Below, piece after piece: positions 1-8,835 of a stretch of DNA of 64,000 nt (within the stretch, counting starts at the first letter, position 1; each line of letters begins with the position of its first letter). A model generated the notes under the pieces. It worked only from the letters and a program-made list of their open reading frames with translations. It made no database searches and was not told where the DNA came from. The stretch is taken from NCBI GenBank assembly GCA_903873905.1, contig CAIQQJ010000131.1, positions 96,490 to 160,489 on the forward strand, written 5' to 3'. The stretch is from an uncultured Flavobacteriales bacterium. Its GTDB lineage: Bacteria > Bacteroidota > Bacteroidia > Palsa-965. A program made the translations under genes and the position numbers.

Positions 1-546
1 CGCTGACGCAGCCCCGCTTGTGGTAACAATTACTTTGTCACTTGTCAATTGGTAAGCTTTCAAATCTGAAGCTCCCGACAATACAGCAATTAATTTAGAA
101 CTTGTTCCTGATAATTTCAATGTGCTTGCTCCGCTCAATGTACTCTTGATGGTATTTGCATTTACATCAAGTTTAATGGAGGAGGCGCTTGAGCCAACAA
201 TATTCAACGTGTCAATCGTCAATTGATTTGTACTTGTTGTGGAAGATGAACCACTCAAATCCAACACACGAAGATTTTTTACGGAAATTTTTATTTTAAT
301 ATCACCATTCGATTTTCCATCAGTGATCGAAAGAATTCCATCGTTCACTTCCGCTTTCACATCTTTGATATCAGCAGCTTCTCCTTCTATTAAAACAGAA
401 TTTGCATCGGCTTGTGTCAATTCAATGGTGTAACCTGCACTGGTTCTTACTCCTGTAAAATCACCCACAGGTCTTGCTTCCGTTGTTATTTGCGAAAATA
501 TTGCAGTAGAAAAAAGAAATGCAATGGAGGAAAAAATGGTTTTCAT
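1..546 (-). CDS. DUF2807/GIN-domain (adhesin-head-like) secreted protein, N-terminal part; C-terminus lies beyond window start
   Basis: ATG at 544-546 on the minus strand, then a signal-like N-terminus MKTIFSSIAFLFSTAIFSQ. The frame is open to position 1. G/S/T-rich repeated beta-strand segments (LSGASDLKAY, LSGTSSKL) are typical of DUF2807. It is absent from the ORF track because no stop codon falls in the window. Confidence 0.6.
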   Translation of the reverse strand, partial: MKTIFSSIAFLFSTAIFSQITTEARPVGDFTGVRTSAGYTIELTQADANSVLIEGEAADIKDVKAEVNDGILSITDGKSNGDIKIKISVKNLRVLDLSGSSSTTSTNQLTIDTLNIVGSSASSIKLDVNANTIKSTLSGASTLKLSGTSSKLIAVLSGASDLKAYQLTSDKVIVTTSGAASA

Positions 547-619
547 AATGGATGAATTTATATGCTTTGTGGATAAGACGGTTTACTTCTGCTGATTGTT
601 ACAGCTAATCTGAAATTAA

Positions 620-964
620 TTACATCACTTTGAAGGTCAGCCATATAGAAAACTCTTGATTACCAGAATCCAGTACATCCGTGAAGTCAATTGCCTCGAA
701 TTGGCTGATGACAGATGCTTTCAAATCGGGTCTTTTTGTGTTGACATCCATCACATGTGCCTTCCCCTTTTCATCGATTGTAAATACAACGCGAACTCTT
801 TCTGTAGAAGCAACATTCTTCATGTTCTGAGGGACGTGCATATTCTTTTGAATTTTTGAAAAGATGATTTCCGTTTTATCGAAGGAGATAATTGTGCCGC
901 GTGCTTGTGCAGGAATTGTAGCGAGAGTTATCATAAAAGACAACATGAATGTTAGCTTTTTCAT
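620..964 (-). CDS. hypothetical secreted protein (114 aa)
   Basis: ORF with an N-terminal signal peptide (MKKLTFMLSFMITLATIPAQA). I recognise no family. Confidence 0.55.
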   Translation of the reverse strand: MKKLTFMLSFMITLATIPAQARGTIISFDKTEIIFSKIQKNMHVPQNMKNVASTERVRVVFTIDEKGKAHVMDVNTKRPDLKASVISQFEAIDFTDVLDSGNQEFSIWLTFKVM

Positions 965-1043
965 AAAAAGAATGTTTTTAGAATTTGAATCTGAAATTGT
1001 TTTTCAGTAATGAGACGCACGATATGATTTGAAAGTTACAGTT

Positions 1044-1078
1044 GGAATTTGGAATTTGGAATTTGGAATTTGGAAACT
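1044..1078. repeat. tandem heptamer array ggaattt x about 5
   Basis: The sequence ggaatttggaatttggaatttggaatttggaaact is directly visible. It is intergenic, about 80 bp upstream of the start of 620..964. Confidence 0.8.
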
Positions 1079-1132
1079 AAATGGTCTGTAATTGCACAAT
1101 TGAAAAACTTTTCAACTTGCAAACTTTTCAAC

Positions 1133-1250
1133 TGTTTTTTTTTCGCGTGAGGGATAGCAGTGGAAAGCCCGGATCCCAACAGTACTGTTGGGAGAGGACT
1201 TGCAACGAATAGCCCGACCTGACGCAGGAAGGACACGCCATAAAAAAAAT
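1133..1250 (+). repeat. dispersed intergenic repeat element, copy A (about 115 bp, with a 20-bp perfect palindrome tcccaacagtactgttggga)
   Basis: The visible sequence is tttttttcgcgtgagggatagcagtggaaagccc|ggatcccaacagtactgttggga|gaggacttgcaacgaatagcccgacc...acgccataaaaaaaa. It is about 95% identical to the reverse complement of copy B at about 3140-3245. It shares its terminal modules with copies C and D. Confidence 0.7.
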
Positions 1251-1389
1251 AGAGATAGTCAAAATAGTTCTAGCGGTAGTCGCTTAAAAAAAGGTCTGAG
1301 ACTACGGAGTGGCAGAAAACAGCAAGCAAATAAAATTGCCAATCCCCAAATCAATTGGAAATTGGCAACTAATAAATTCTAAATCCTTC

Positions 1390-2421
1390 TTACTTGACTT
1401 TTTCGGCAGTAGAATATTTCTTCATGAAATCACAGGCTTTGTCAACCATATCGGCGGAACCTGCGAAGAAAGAAGTTCTTTGGTGTAATGTTTTTATTTC
1501 GAGATCCATGATTCTGCGCTCGCCGTCGGTTGCTTTTCCCCCTGCCTGTTCAATAATGAAAGACATTGGATTGCATTCGTACAACAAACGCAATTTCCCA
1601 TTTGGAGAAGCTGCAGTAACCGGATAAATATAAATTCCTCCTGTAATCAGATTGCGATGCACATCGGCAACAGCGGAGCCAATATAACGAGATGAGTAAG
1701 GACGTTTAGATGCAAGATCTTCTTCCTGGCAATACTTGATGTATTTTTTTACACCATCAGGAAAGTGAACGTAGTTTCCTTCATTGATGGAATATGTTTT
1801 TGCAGAAGAAGGCGTTTTCATATTCGGATGCGACAAACAGAATTCCCCAATGGATGGATCGAGTGTAAATCCGTTGACACCTTTTCCCGTTGTGTAAACA
1901 AGCATGGTGGATGAACCATAAATAATATATCCAGCAGCCACTTGATCGGTTCCTCGCTGTAAAAAATCCTCAATGTTTCCCGGACCAGAAAGTGAAAGTC
2001 GGCGATAGATGGAAAAAATTGTTCCGACAGAAACATTCACATCGATATTTGAAGAGCCATCGAGCGGATCCATCGCAACAACATATTTTGCATTTTTGGA
2101 TTGTGCATTGTCGACCACAATCATTTCCTCATTTTCTTCAGAAGCGATTGCGCAAACTTCTCCTCCAACACTCAAGGCAGCAATGAATTGTTCATTTGCA
2201 AAAACATCCAACTTTTTCTGAATTTCACCCTGAATATTTGTTTCTCCACTGTCACTCGCATCACCGAGAATATCGGCAAGTCCTGCTTTATTCACTTCAC
2301 GATTCACAATTTTGGCTGCAATTCCGATATCACGCAAAAGCCGAGAAAGTTCCCCTTTTGCGTAAGGAAAATCATTTTGCTTTTCAATAATAAATTGGCC
2401 TAGTGTTTTTACTTTGCTCAT
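1390..2421 (-). CDS. fbp: fructose-1,6-bisphosphatase class 1
   Basis: 343 aa. Carries the [19 protein letters not shown] motif and a C-terminal GGIYIYP...[21 protein letters not shown] region characteristic of class I FBPase. Confidence 0.9.
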   Translation of the reverse strand: MSKVKTLGQFIIEKQNDFPYAKGELSRLLRDIGIAAKIVNREVNKAGLADILGDASDSGETNIQGEIQKKLDVFANEQFIAALSVGGEVCAIASEENEEMIVVDNAQSKNAKYVVAMDPLDGSSNIDVNVSVGTIFSIYRRLSLSGPGNIEDFLQRGTDQVAAGYIIYGSSTMLVYTTGKGVNGFTLDPSIGEFCLSHPNMKTPSSAKTYSINEGNYVHFPDGVKKYIKYCQEEDLASKRPYSSRYIGSAVADVHRNLITGGIYIYPVTAASPNGKLRLLYECNPMSFIIEQAGGKATDGERRIMDLEIKTLHQRTSFFAGSADMVDKACDFMKKYSTAEKVK

Positions 2422-2517
2422 TGAGGGATGGAATAAATATTGAGCTACAAAGATGTGAAATTTCAGGGTTTATTCGAGCGATAATTTCACTGAGTTTTAA
2501 GTAACTTCGAGATCCTT

Positions 2518-2979
2518 ATGACAAAAATAACCATCCGAAAAGCCACAAGGCATGACATGCCCGGAGTGCTGGCACTTATTCGTGAACTTGCTGATTACGA
2601 ACGTGCCCCGCAGGAAGTGGTGGTAACTTCCGAAGATTTAGAACGAGATGGATTTGGATCAAATCCGAAATTTTATTGCTTCGTTGCCGAACGGTCAAAT
2701 GAAATTCGAGGAATGGCCTTGTATTACATCAAATATTCCACGTGGAAAGGTCCTTGTGTTTTTCTGGAAGATATTGTTGTAACACAAACAGAACGCAGAA
2801 GTGGAATCGGAAAACTGCTTTTTGAAGAAGTGATGAAGGCGGCCAAAGTAATGGGCGCAAAAAGAATGGAATGGCAAGTGTTGGATTGGAATAAACCCGC
2901 AATAAAATTTTACGAAAAATACAAACCGCAAGTATTGGAAGAATGGCTGAATTATAGAATGACGGAGGAACAGTTGTAA
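2518..2979 (+). CDS. GNAT family N-acetyltransferase (diamine/SSAT-like)
   Basis: 153 aa with an acetyl-CoA binding signature (RRSGIGKLLFEEVMKAA). Confidence 0.8.
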   Translation: MTKITIRKATRHDMPGVLALIRELADYERAPQEVVVTSEDLERDGFGSNPKFYCFVAERSNEIRGMALYYIKYSTWKGPCVFLEDIVVTQTERRSGIGKLLFEEVMKAAKVMGAKRMEWQVLDWNKPAIKFYEKYKPQVLEEWLNYRMTEEQL

Positions 2980-2980
2980 A

Positions 2981-3090
2981 GTTGAAAAGTTGGAAGGTTG
3001 GAAAGTTGGAAAGTTGTTCCGAAGGAATCCCTTCGGGAAAAGGTTGGAAGGTTGAAATTTGTGATTTGAAATTTGGGATTTGGGATTTGA
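2981..3090. repeat. low-complexity tandem tract built from 8-mers (gttggaaa/gttggaag x about 4.5, a small hairpin ccgaagg-aatc-ccttcgg, then gatttgaa/gatttggg x about 3.5)
   Basis: The tract is directly visible. It begins 2 bp after the GNAT stop codon and runs into repeat copy B. Confidence 0.75.
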
Positions 3091-3139
3091 ACTCATTTTT
3101 CGACTGCATCCTGCCCCATTTTTGATTGCAGGCTTTTTT

Positions 3140-3245
3140 AGAATGGCGTGCCCTTCGTGCCTCAGGTCGGGCTATTCGTTGCAAGTCCTCTCCCAACAGT
3201 ACTGTTGGGATCCGGGCTTTTCACTGCTATCCCTCACGCGTTTTA
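3140..3245 (-). repeat. dispersed intergenic repeat element, copy B (inverted relative to copy A)
   Basis: The reverse complement reads cgcgtgagggatagcagtgaaaagcccggatcccaacagtactgttgggagaggacttgcaacgaatagcccgacctgaggcacgaagggcacgccat. This is nearly identical to copy A. Confidence 0.7.
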
Positions 3246-3342
3246 TAAAACTCAAACATCCCATTGCCCACCTTCCCCTCAGAATTGTGGGGATCAGCGT
3301 AGGTGGACTCACGCAAAAAAATAAAACAATTACCTTCACCGA

Positions 3343-4614
3343 ATGAAAGTCTTCAAATTTGGAGGAGCTTCTGTTAAAGATGCAAATGCAGTTCGGAATG
3401 TTGCTGGAATTCTAAAAGAATTTCCAAATGATCAATTGATCGTTGTGATTTCTGCAATGGGAAAAACAACCAATGCACTGGAACAATTGACAGATGCGTA
3501 TTATTTCAAGAAAGGGAATTTGGCATCTATCCTCGATGAAATTCGAAAATTTCATTTCGATATTATCGGAGAATTATTTCCAGATAAAAATCATCCCATT
3601 TACAATGACATTCACAACACTTTTGTGGAACTCGAATGGGTAATTGAAGAGGGCGCAACACAAACACACGATTGCGTTTATGATCAGATTGTTTCCATTG
3701 GAGAATTGCTTTCCACAAAAATTGTAAGTGCTTTTTTGTCGGAGGATCATGTCAAAAATAAATGGTGGGATGTTCGCGATTTTATCAAAACAGACAACAC
3801 CTATCGCGAAGGAAAAGTGGATTGGGATTTGACGGAACAAATGGTGAAAGAGCAATTGATTCCTTTCTTCGAATCGAAAAAAGAGCAGCTCGTAATAACC
3901 CAAGGTTTCATTGGTGTTACATCTGAAAATTTCACGACCACACTTGGGCGGGAAGGCTCTGATTTCACAGCTGCAATTCTTGCCTGGTGCTTGAATGCGG
4001 AGAGTGTCACCATTTGGAAAGATGTTCCCGGTGTATTGAATGCCGATCCAAAATGGTTTGATGAAACAAAATTGATCCCACAACTCACGTATCAGGATGC
4101 GATTGAATTAACTTATTACGGCGCAACTGTCATTCATTCAAAAACAATAAAGCCACTTCAGAATAAAAGAATTCCACTTTACGTTCAATCGTTTCTCCAT
4201 CCGAAAAAAGAGGGAACAAAAATTCATGATCAGCAAATCCATCTTCCTGTTCCTTGTTTTATTTTTAAGGTCAATCAGATTTTGCTTTCCATCTCTCCAA
4301 AAGATTTTTCATTTATAGTTGAAGAAAATCTTGGAGATATTTTTGAATTGTTTGCAAAGCACCGTGTGAAGATGAATGTTATGTTGAATTCTGCTATTAG
4401 TTTTTCGGTTAGCGTAGACTCTGATTCGGAAAAAGTTCCTGCATTGATTGAAAAACTTCGAGAGAATTACCGGGTGCTTTACAATGAGAATGTAGAATTG
4501 GTAACAATTCGTTATTACGACCAAGCAACAATTGATAGAGTTACAGCAGGGAAACAGATTTTTCTTGAAGTGAAAAGCCGTTATACCGTTCAGATTGTAA
4601 TGAAAAACAATTAG
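3343..4614 (+). CDS. lysC: aspartate kinase (monofunctional, with C-terminal ACT regulatory region)
   Basis: 423 aa. The N-terminal MKVFKFGGASV nucleotide-binding motif and overall aspartokinase architecture are present. Confidence 0.88.
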   Translation: MKVFKFGGASVKDANAVRNVAGILKEFPNDQLIVVISAMGKTTNALEQLTDAYYFKKGNLASILDEIRKFHFDIIGELFPDKNHPIYNDIHNTFVELEWVIEEGATQTHDCVYDQIVSIGELLSTKIVSAFLSEDHVKNKWWDVRDFIKTDNTYREGKVDWDLTEQMVKEQLIPFFESKKEQLVITQGFIGVTSENFTTTLGREGSDFTAAILAWCLNAESVTIWKDVPGVLNADPKWFDETKLIPQLTYQDAIELTYYGATVIHSKTIKPLQNKRIPLYVQSFLHPKKEGTKIHDQQIHLPVPCFIFKVNQILLSISPKDFSFIVEENLGDIFELFAKHRVKMNVMLNSAISFSVSVDSDSEKVPALIEKLRENYRVLYNENVELVTIRYYDQATIDRVTAGKQIFLEVKSRYTVQIVMKNN

Positions 4615-4794
4615 GACTTTCACAAAACGTCATTTTTTATTTCAGCCAGAACAATAAAATTTCGACACATAACAATAATTGTGCGACGAAAAGACAATTG
4701 GCGGCGCTTACAGTTGTAAATTTTTCTTTCTGCTATTTCTGATATTTTTTCAATTAATCAATTCGATTTCCCGATATTTGTTCAATTCAAAATA

Positions 4795-5172
4795 ATGATG
4801 GAAGCCCTTTACATTGCAAATACCATTCGTACAGCAGGAGTCAGTTTCGATGCTGAAAAAGCATTGTTGATTCTTAGTGGAAATTCCATCCCAGAAAATT
4901 CAGATGATTTTTTTCAACCCTTGCACACTTGGGTAGAAGAATTTAACAAAACACATACAAGCAAAGTCACCCTACGCGTTTTCATGACTTACTTCAATAC
5001 ATCAACCATTCGCCACCTCATTAGTTTGATAAAAAAAATGATTCAAGCGCACAAGAATGACCTTACGATTGAATGGGCTTATGAAAAAGGTGATGAAGAA
5101 ATAAGGGATCGTGGTCAGGATATTTCCGAAGTGCTGAAATTTGATTTTAAATTTGAAGAAGTTCCGTATTGA
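4795..5172 (+). CDS. DUF1987 / SiaC-like small regulatory phosphoprotein (partner-switch type)
   Basis: 125 aa. The segments SGNSIPENSDDFFQPLHTWVEEF and YFNTSTIRHLISLI align, from memory, with the SiaC/DUF1987 family (xGxSxPENSxxxFxxxxxWVExF ... LNTSSIK). Its stop codon abuts the convergent dehydrogenase gene, whose stop is at 5173. Confidence 0.5.
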   Translation: MMEALYIANTIRTAGVSFDAEKALLILSGNSIPENSDDFFQPLHTWVEEFNKTHTSKVTLRVFMTYFNTSTIRHLISLIKKMIQAHKNDLTIEWAYEKGDEEIRDRGQDISEVLKFDFKFEEVPY

Positions 5173-6117
5173 TTATCCGAGTACGGCAGAAATTTTTTCT
5201 TCAAGCACCTTAGCAATTTTTTCATAACTCTCAAAAGTCCATCCTGCAATGTGTGGTGTGAGTATCACTTTATCCGATTTTATCAGATACTGAAATGGCA
5301 ATGGTAATTTTGAAATATCGATTTTCTCGAATGAAACACTTTCGTATTCGGAAACATCAAGGCACGCTCCTCGCACTTTTCCGTTTTCAATAAACTTTAC
5401 CAATGCGGCCGTATCAAGAATTTTTCCTCTTGCGGTGTTGATCAACCAAATTGGCTTTTTGAATTGCGAAAGGAATTCCTCCTTCACCATGTAATTGGTT
5501 TCGTCTGTTAGAGGAATGTGAAAACTGATTACATCTGCTTCTTGAAATATTTCTTCTAGAGAACTCTCCTTAACCCAATCGTTCCCAAAATTCTTTTTGT
5601 ATTTGTCATAAACCAAAACACGAACATCAAATCCCTTTAATCGTTGAACAAATGCGGTTCCCATATTACCATAACCGATTACGCCAACTGTTTTTCCCTG
5701 TAATTCATAGCCTCTATTTCCCTCACGAATCCATTCACCATTTCGCACTTGATTATCTGCACGACAAACATTATTCATCAATGCCAATAACATTCCAATT
5801 GTTTGTTCCCCCACTGCATCACGATTTCCTTCGGGCGCATGGGCACAAATAATGTTTTTCTTTGCAGCAAATTCCAAATCAATATTTTCCATTCCTGCAC
5901 CTGCACGTGCAATGCATTTTAGATTTTTTCCTGCCTCAATAAATTGTTTATCAATTTTAAAACGACTACGAATTACAACAGCATCATAATTAGAAATGAC
6001 TTTTTCAATTTCCAGTTTAGAATTCACATAATCCTCATCACATTCATATCCACGTTTGCGGAGATTTCCGATTAAGCTCGGGTGATTTTCATCAATGAAT
6101 AATATTCGTGGTGACAT
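5173..6117 (-). CDS. D-isomer-specific 2-hydroxyacid dehydrogenase (D-3-phosphoglycerate dehydrogenase-like, short form)
   Basis: 314 aa. It has an NAD-binding Rossmann motif (GVIGYGNMG) and a catalytic region resembling the SerA/GhrB family. Confidence 0.8.
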   Translation of the reverse strand: MSPRILFIDENHPSLIGNLRKRGYECDEDYVNSKLEIEKVISNYDAVVIRSRFKIDKQFIEAGKNLKCIARAGAGMENIDLEFAAKKNIICAHAPEGNRDAVGEQTIGMLLALMNNVCRADNQVRNGEWIREGNRGYELQGKTVGVIGYGNMGTAFVQRLKGFDVRVLVYDKYKKNFGNDWVKESSLEEIFQEADVISFHIPLTDETNYMVKEEFLSQFKKPIWLINTARGKILDTAALVKFIENGKVRGACLDVSEYESVSFEKIDISKLPLPFQYLIKSDKVILTPHIAGWTFESYEKIAKVLEEKISAVLG

Positions 6118-6118
6118 T

Positions 6119-7513
6119 TTACAGAATTATTCCTCTTAATAATAAAATAGAAACAGTAAAATAAATTACCAGTCCGGTTACATCCACCAAGGTTGCCACA
6201 AATGGTGCAGAAGAAACTGCAGGATCCAATCCCACGCGTTTCAATAACAATGGAAGCAAAGAACCCGTTAATGTTCCCCAAAGCACAACTCCTACCAATG
6301 CAACACCAACCGTAATTCCTATAATCATCCAATGCGGTCCATAGTCCTGAACGAAATTCGACCACAATGCCACACGACAAAACCCGATTACACCAAGAAT
6401 AATTCCCAGCACTAATCCAGATTGAAATTCTTTCTTCATGATTTTCCACCAATCGCGCACAGTGATTTCTCCAAGTGCAAGCGCGCGAATAATAAGTGAA
6501 GTTGCTTGTGAACCACTGTTTCCTCCACTGGAAATAATCAAAGGAACAAAAATTGCGAGAATAACAGCTTTTGCAATTTGATCTTGAAAAAATGACATTG
6601 CAGTTGCTGTCAACGTTTCTCCAACGAAAAGAATTACCAACCAACCAACACGTTTGCGAATCATTTGCCAAAATGGTGTGGCCATGTAGGGTTCTTCCAA
6701 GGCTTCCACAGCACCCATCTTCTGCGCATCTTCAGTATTCTCTTCCCGAATCACATCAACCATGTCATCGAAAGTGATTCTTCCAACAAGACGATTCAAA
6801 CTATCAACAACTGGAATTACAACAAGATCATATTTGTCCATCAACATCGCCACTTCCTCTGCAGGCGTGTTTGTTTTTACACTGATAAAATCTGGAATGT
6901 AAACTTCAATAATTGGTGTTCGCAGATTTTTCGTAAGCAAACTTTTCAATGATAAAAGTCCAACAAGTTTTTCATCATCATCAACAACGTAAATCGTATA
7001 AATGTTTTTTACCTCATCTGCTTGATTTCGAATTTCACGAATGCATTCCCAAACATTTTTATTCAAATGCACTTTCACCAACTCTTTCGCCATTACACCA
7101 CCGGCAGAATCTTCGTCGTAATTTAACAGATCAACAATGTCGCTGGCTTGGTCAACGTCTTCAACGTGGGAAAGGACTTCATCTTGTTGCTCATCCGAAA
7201 GTTCCGAAAGTACATCCGCTGCATCATCCGATTGCAGATTATCAATGAGCTGCTCTGCAATTTCTTTTGAAGAAAGTCCTTCAAGAATTTTTTCACGAAT
7301 GTCATCTTCAAGTAAAAGCAACGTTTCCGCAGCAACTTCTTCATCGAGAAATTTATATGCAGCAACTGCCTCCTCCTCTTCAAGGTCATTGAGAACTTCC
7401 GCCACATCGGCAGGATGCATTTCGTAGAAAATTTCACGCAATCGTTCTCCTTCACCTGCTTCAAGAGCGTGGCGAACGGTATCTAAAAACGAATCCGAGA
7501 TTTGAAATGACAT
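6119..7513 (-). CDS. mgtE: magnesium transporter MgtE
   Basis: 464 aa. The architecture is an MgtE N-domain, a CBS pair and a C-terminal transmembrane domain with acidic residues. Confidence 0.9.
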   Translation of the reverse strand: MSFQISDSFLDTVRHALEAGEGERLREIFYEMHPADVAEVLNDLEEEEAVAAYKFLDEEVAAETLLLLEDDIREKILEGLSSKEIAEQLIDNLQSDDAADVLSELSDEQQDEVLSHVEDVDQASDIVDLLNYDEDSAGGVMAKELVKVHLNKNVWECIREIRNQADEVKNIYTIYVVDDDEKLVGLLSLKSLLTKNLRTPIIEVYIPDFISVKTNTPAEEVAMLMDKYDLVVIPVVDSLNRLVGRITFDDMVDVIREENTEDAQKMGAVEALEEPYMATPFWQMIRKRVGWLVILFVGETLTATAMSFFQDQIAKAVILAIFVPLIISSGGNSGSQATSLIIRALALGEITVRDWWKIMKKEFQSGLVLGIILGVIGFCRVALWSNFVQDYGPHWMIIGITVGVALVGVVLWGTLTGSLLPLLLKRVGLDPAVSSAPFVATLVDVTGLVIYFTVSILLLRGIIL

Positions 7514-7592
7514 TGAAAAACAAATTTTAGATTCAAGTTTTAAGATTCAAGTTTTTTAATACCTGAATTCCCTTCTAAAAATCGGGGCAAAG

Positions 7593-8366
7593 TTAAGGTT
7601 TCCTCACTAATAACGTGAGTTGAACGAAATCTTCAACCGATAACTGTTCAGCTCGTTTTGTAAAGTAAATATGCCCTTCGTTACCGGGAATTATTTCGAA
7701 TGCATGCAAAGCATTTTTTACCGTTTTTCTTCGCTGATTAAATGCGGCTTTCACCACTTCCACAAAAAGTTTTTCATCGCATGCCAGACCTTTTGTTGCA
7801 TTCCGTGTCAGTCGAATCACGGCAGATTTAACTTTTGGTGGTGGAGAAAAAACATGTTCACTTACTGTAAACAAATATTCAATTTTATACCAAGCCTGAA
7901 TTAAGACACTAATGATTCCATATGTTTTATTGCCTTCCTTCGCAGCCAAACGTTGTGCTACTTCTTTCTGAAACATTCCGACAACTTCAGGAACGAGCTC
8001 TCTATTTTCCACTGCCTTGAATAATATTTGGGATGAAATATTGTAAGGAAAATTCCCAATGATGGCAATGGGTTCCTTGAATTGTTCTGTCAAATCATAT
8101 TTCAGAAAATCTTTTGAAATTATTCTACCTTTCAATTCAGGATAATTTTCTTCGAGATACGCTACAGATTCCCGATCAATTTCCACCACCCACGTTTCAT
8201 ATTCTGGTTTTGCAAGAAGATATTTTGTGAGCATTCCCATTCCAGGACCAATTTCCAAAACCTTAGCATAAGGAACTGCATGCTTCAAACTATCCGCAAT
8301 TTTCCTTGCGATATTTTCATCACGAAGAAAATGTTGACCCAGATGTTTTTTAGCGCGAACGTTCAT
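7593..8366 (-). CDS. rsmA: 16S rRNA (adenine1518/1519-N6)-dimethyltransferase
   Basis: 257 aa. It has a SAM-binding motif ([12 protein letters not shown]) and N-terminal GQHFL, as in the KsgA/Dim1 family. Confidence 0.9.
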   Translation of the reverse strand: MNVRAKKHLGQHFLRDENIARKIADSLKHAVPYAKVLEIGPGMGMLTKYLLAKPEYETWVVEIDRESVAYLEENYPELKGRIISKDFLKYDLTEQFKEPIAIIGNFPYNISSQILFKAVENRELVPEVVGMFQKEVAQRLAAKEGNKTYGIISVLIQAWYKIEYLFTVSEHVFSPPPKVKSAVIRLTRNATKGLACDEKLFVEVVKAAFNQRRKTVKNALHAFEIIPGNEGHIYFTKRAEQLSVEDFVQLTLLVRKP

Positions 8367-8369
8367 GGA

Positions 8370-8457
8370 AATAATTTTGAATTTTGAGTTCAGAATTTTG
8401 AATTAATGCATAGCCCCACTTTTCCTAATTCAAAATTTAGAATTAAGAATTCAAAAT
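8370..8457. repeat. long imperfect inverted repeat of gaatttt/aaattc words (arms about 35 bp; spacer tgcatagccccacttttcc)
   Basis: gaattttgaattttgagttcagaattttgaattaa ... ttaattcaaaatttagaattaagaattcaaaattcaaa is directly visible. It fills the spacer between the DUF4286-like gene stop and the rsmA start. Confidence 0.6.
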
Positions 8458-8757
8458 TCAAACTTCTTCAAGGAGTGTTCTGAAGGCCGTGAATTTGTCC
8501 CCGAATTTTTCAATTGATTCTTTTCGCAAAGCAGGTGCAAAATCCTTCATATAACGATTGATCGCATCCATGTTGGGCGCACGGTATTGTATGGCATAAC
8601 TCGTTCCTGTTTGTTCTTCAACCAAAATTTTGAAAATGGTTCCTGAAGAAAAACAACCTGAGTCAACAACATCCTTTATGTGATTCTCTTTCATCCATTT
8701 CAACCATTCATCATGGTGAGAATCGTCGATGTTGATTGTTACGTTGTAGATTATCAT
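8458..8757 (-). CDS. small conserved hypothetical protein (possibly DUF4286-like)
   Basis: 99-aa ORF packed between rsmA and the TPR gene. The family name is recalled only weakly. Confidence 0.55.
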   Translation of the reverse strand: MIIYNVTINIDDSHHDEWLKWMKENHIKDVVDSGCFSSGTIFKILVEEQTGTSYAIQYRAPNMDAINRYMKDFAPALRKESIEKFGDKFTAFRTLLEEV

Positions 8758-8835
8758 TGTATTTATCTTTTAAGCTTAATAGATGCTTTTTGTTTGTTAA
8801 AATGCACAGCAAATAATTCCTCACCATTTCTATTC

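Noticed and set aside
1188-1382. ORFs translating as MGEDLQRIARP... at 1188..1382 (+), 2729..3196 (-), and similarly 60426..61010 (+)
   Set aside because: They are read-throughs of the dispersed repeat element, not genes. Apparent conservation comes from the repeat; they overlap real genes or intergenic DNA and have no start context.
3266-3342. Nested hairpin (cccacct tcccc...gggga ...aggtgg) upstream of aspartate kinase, considered as a lysine riboswitch
   Set aside because: Only about 95 nt separate repeat copy B from the ATG, too short for a LYS element. I recognise none of the conserved riboswitch motifs. It is noted only as a possible 5'-UTR structure.
6072-6671. 199-aa Cys/Asn-rich ORF inside mgtE on the same strand, alternate frame
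   Set aside because: Nested in a well-supported mgtE gene. Its composition is typical of out-of-frame translation.
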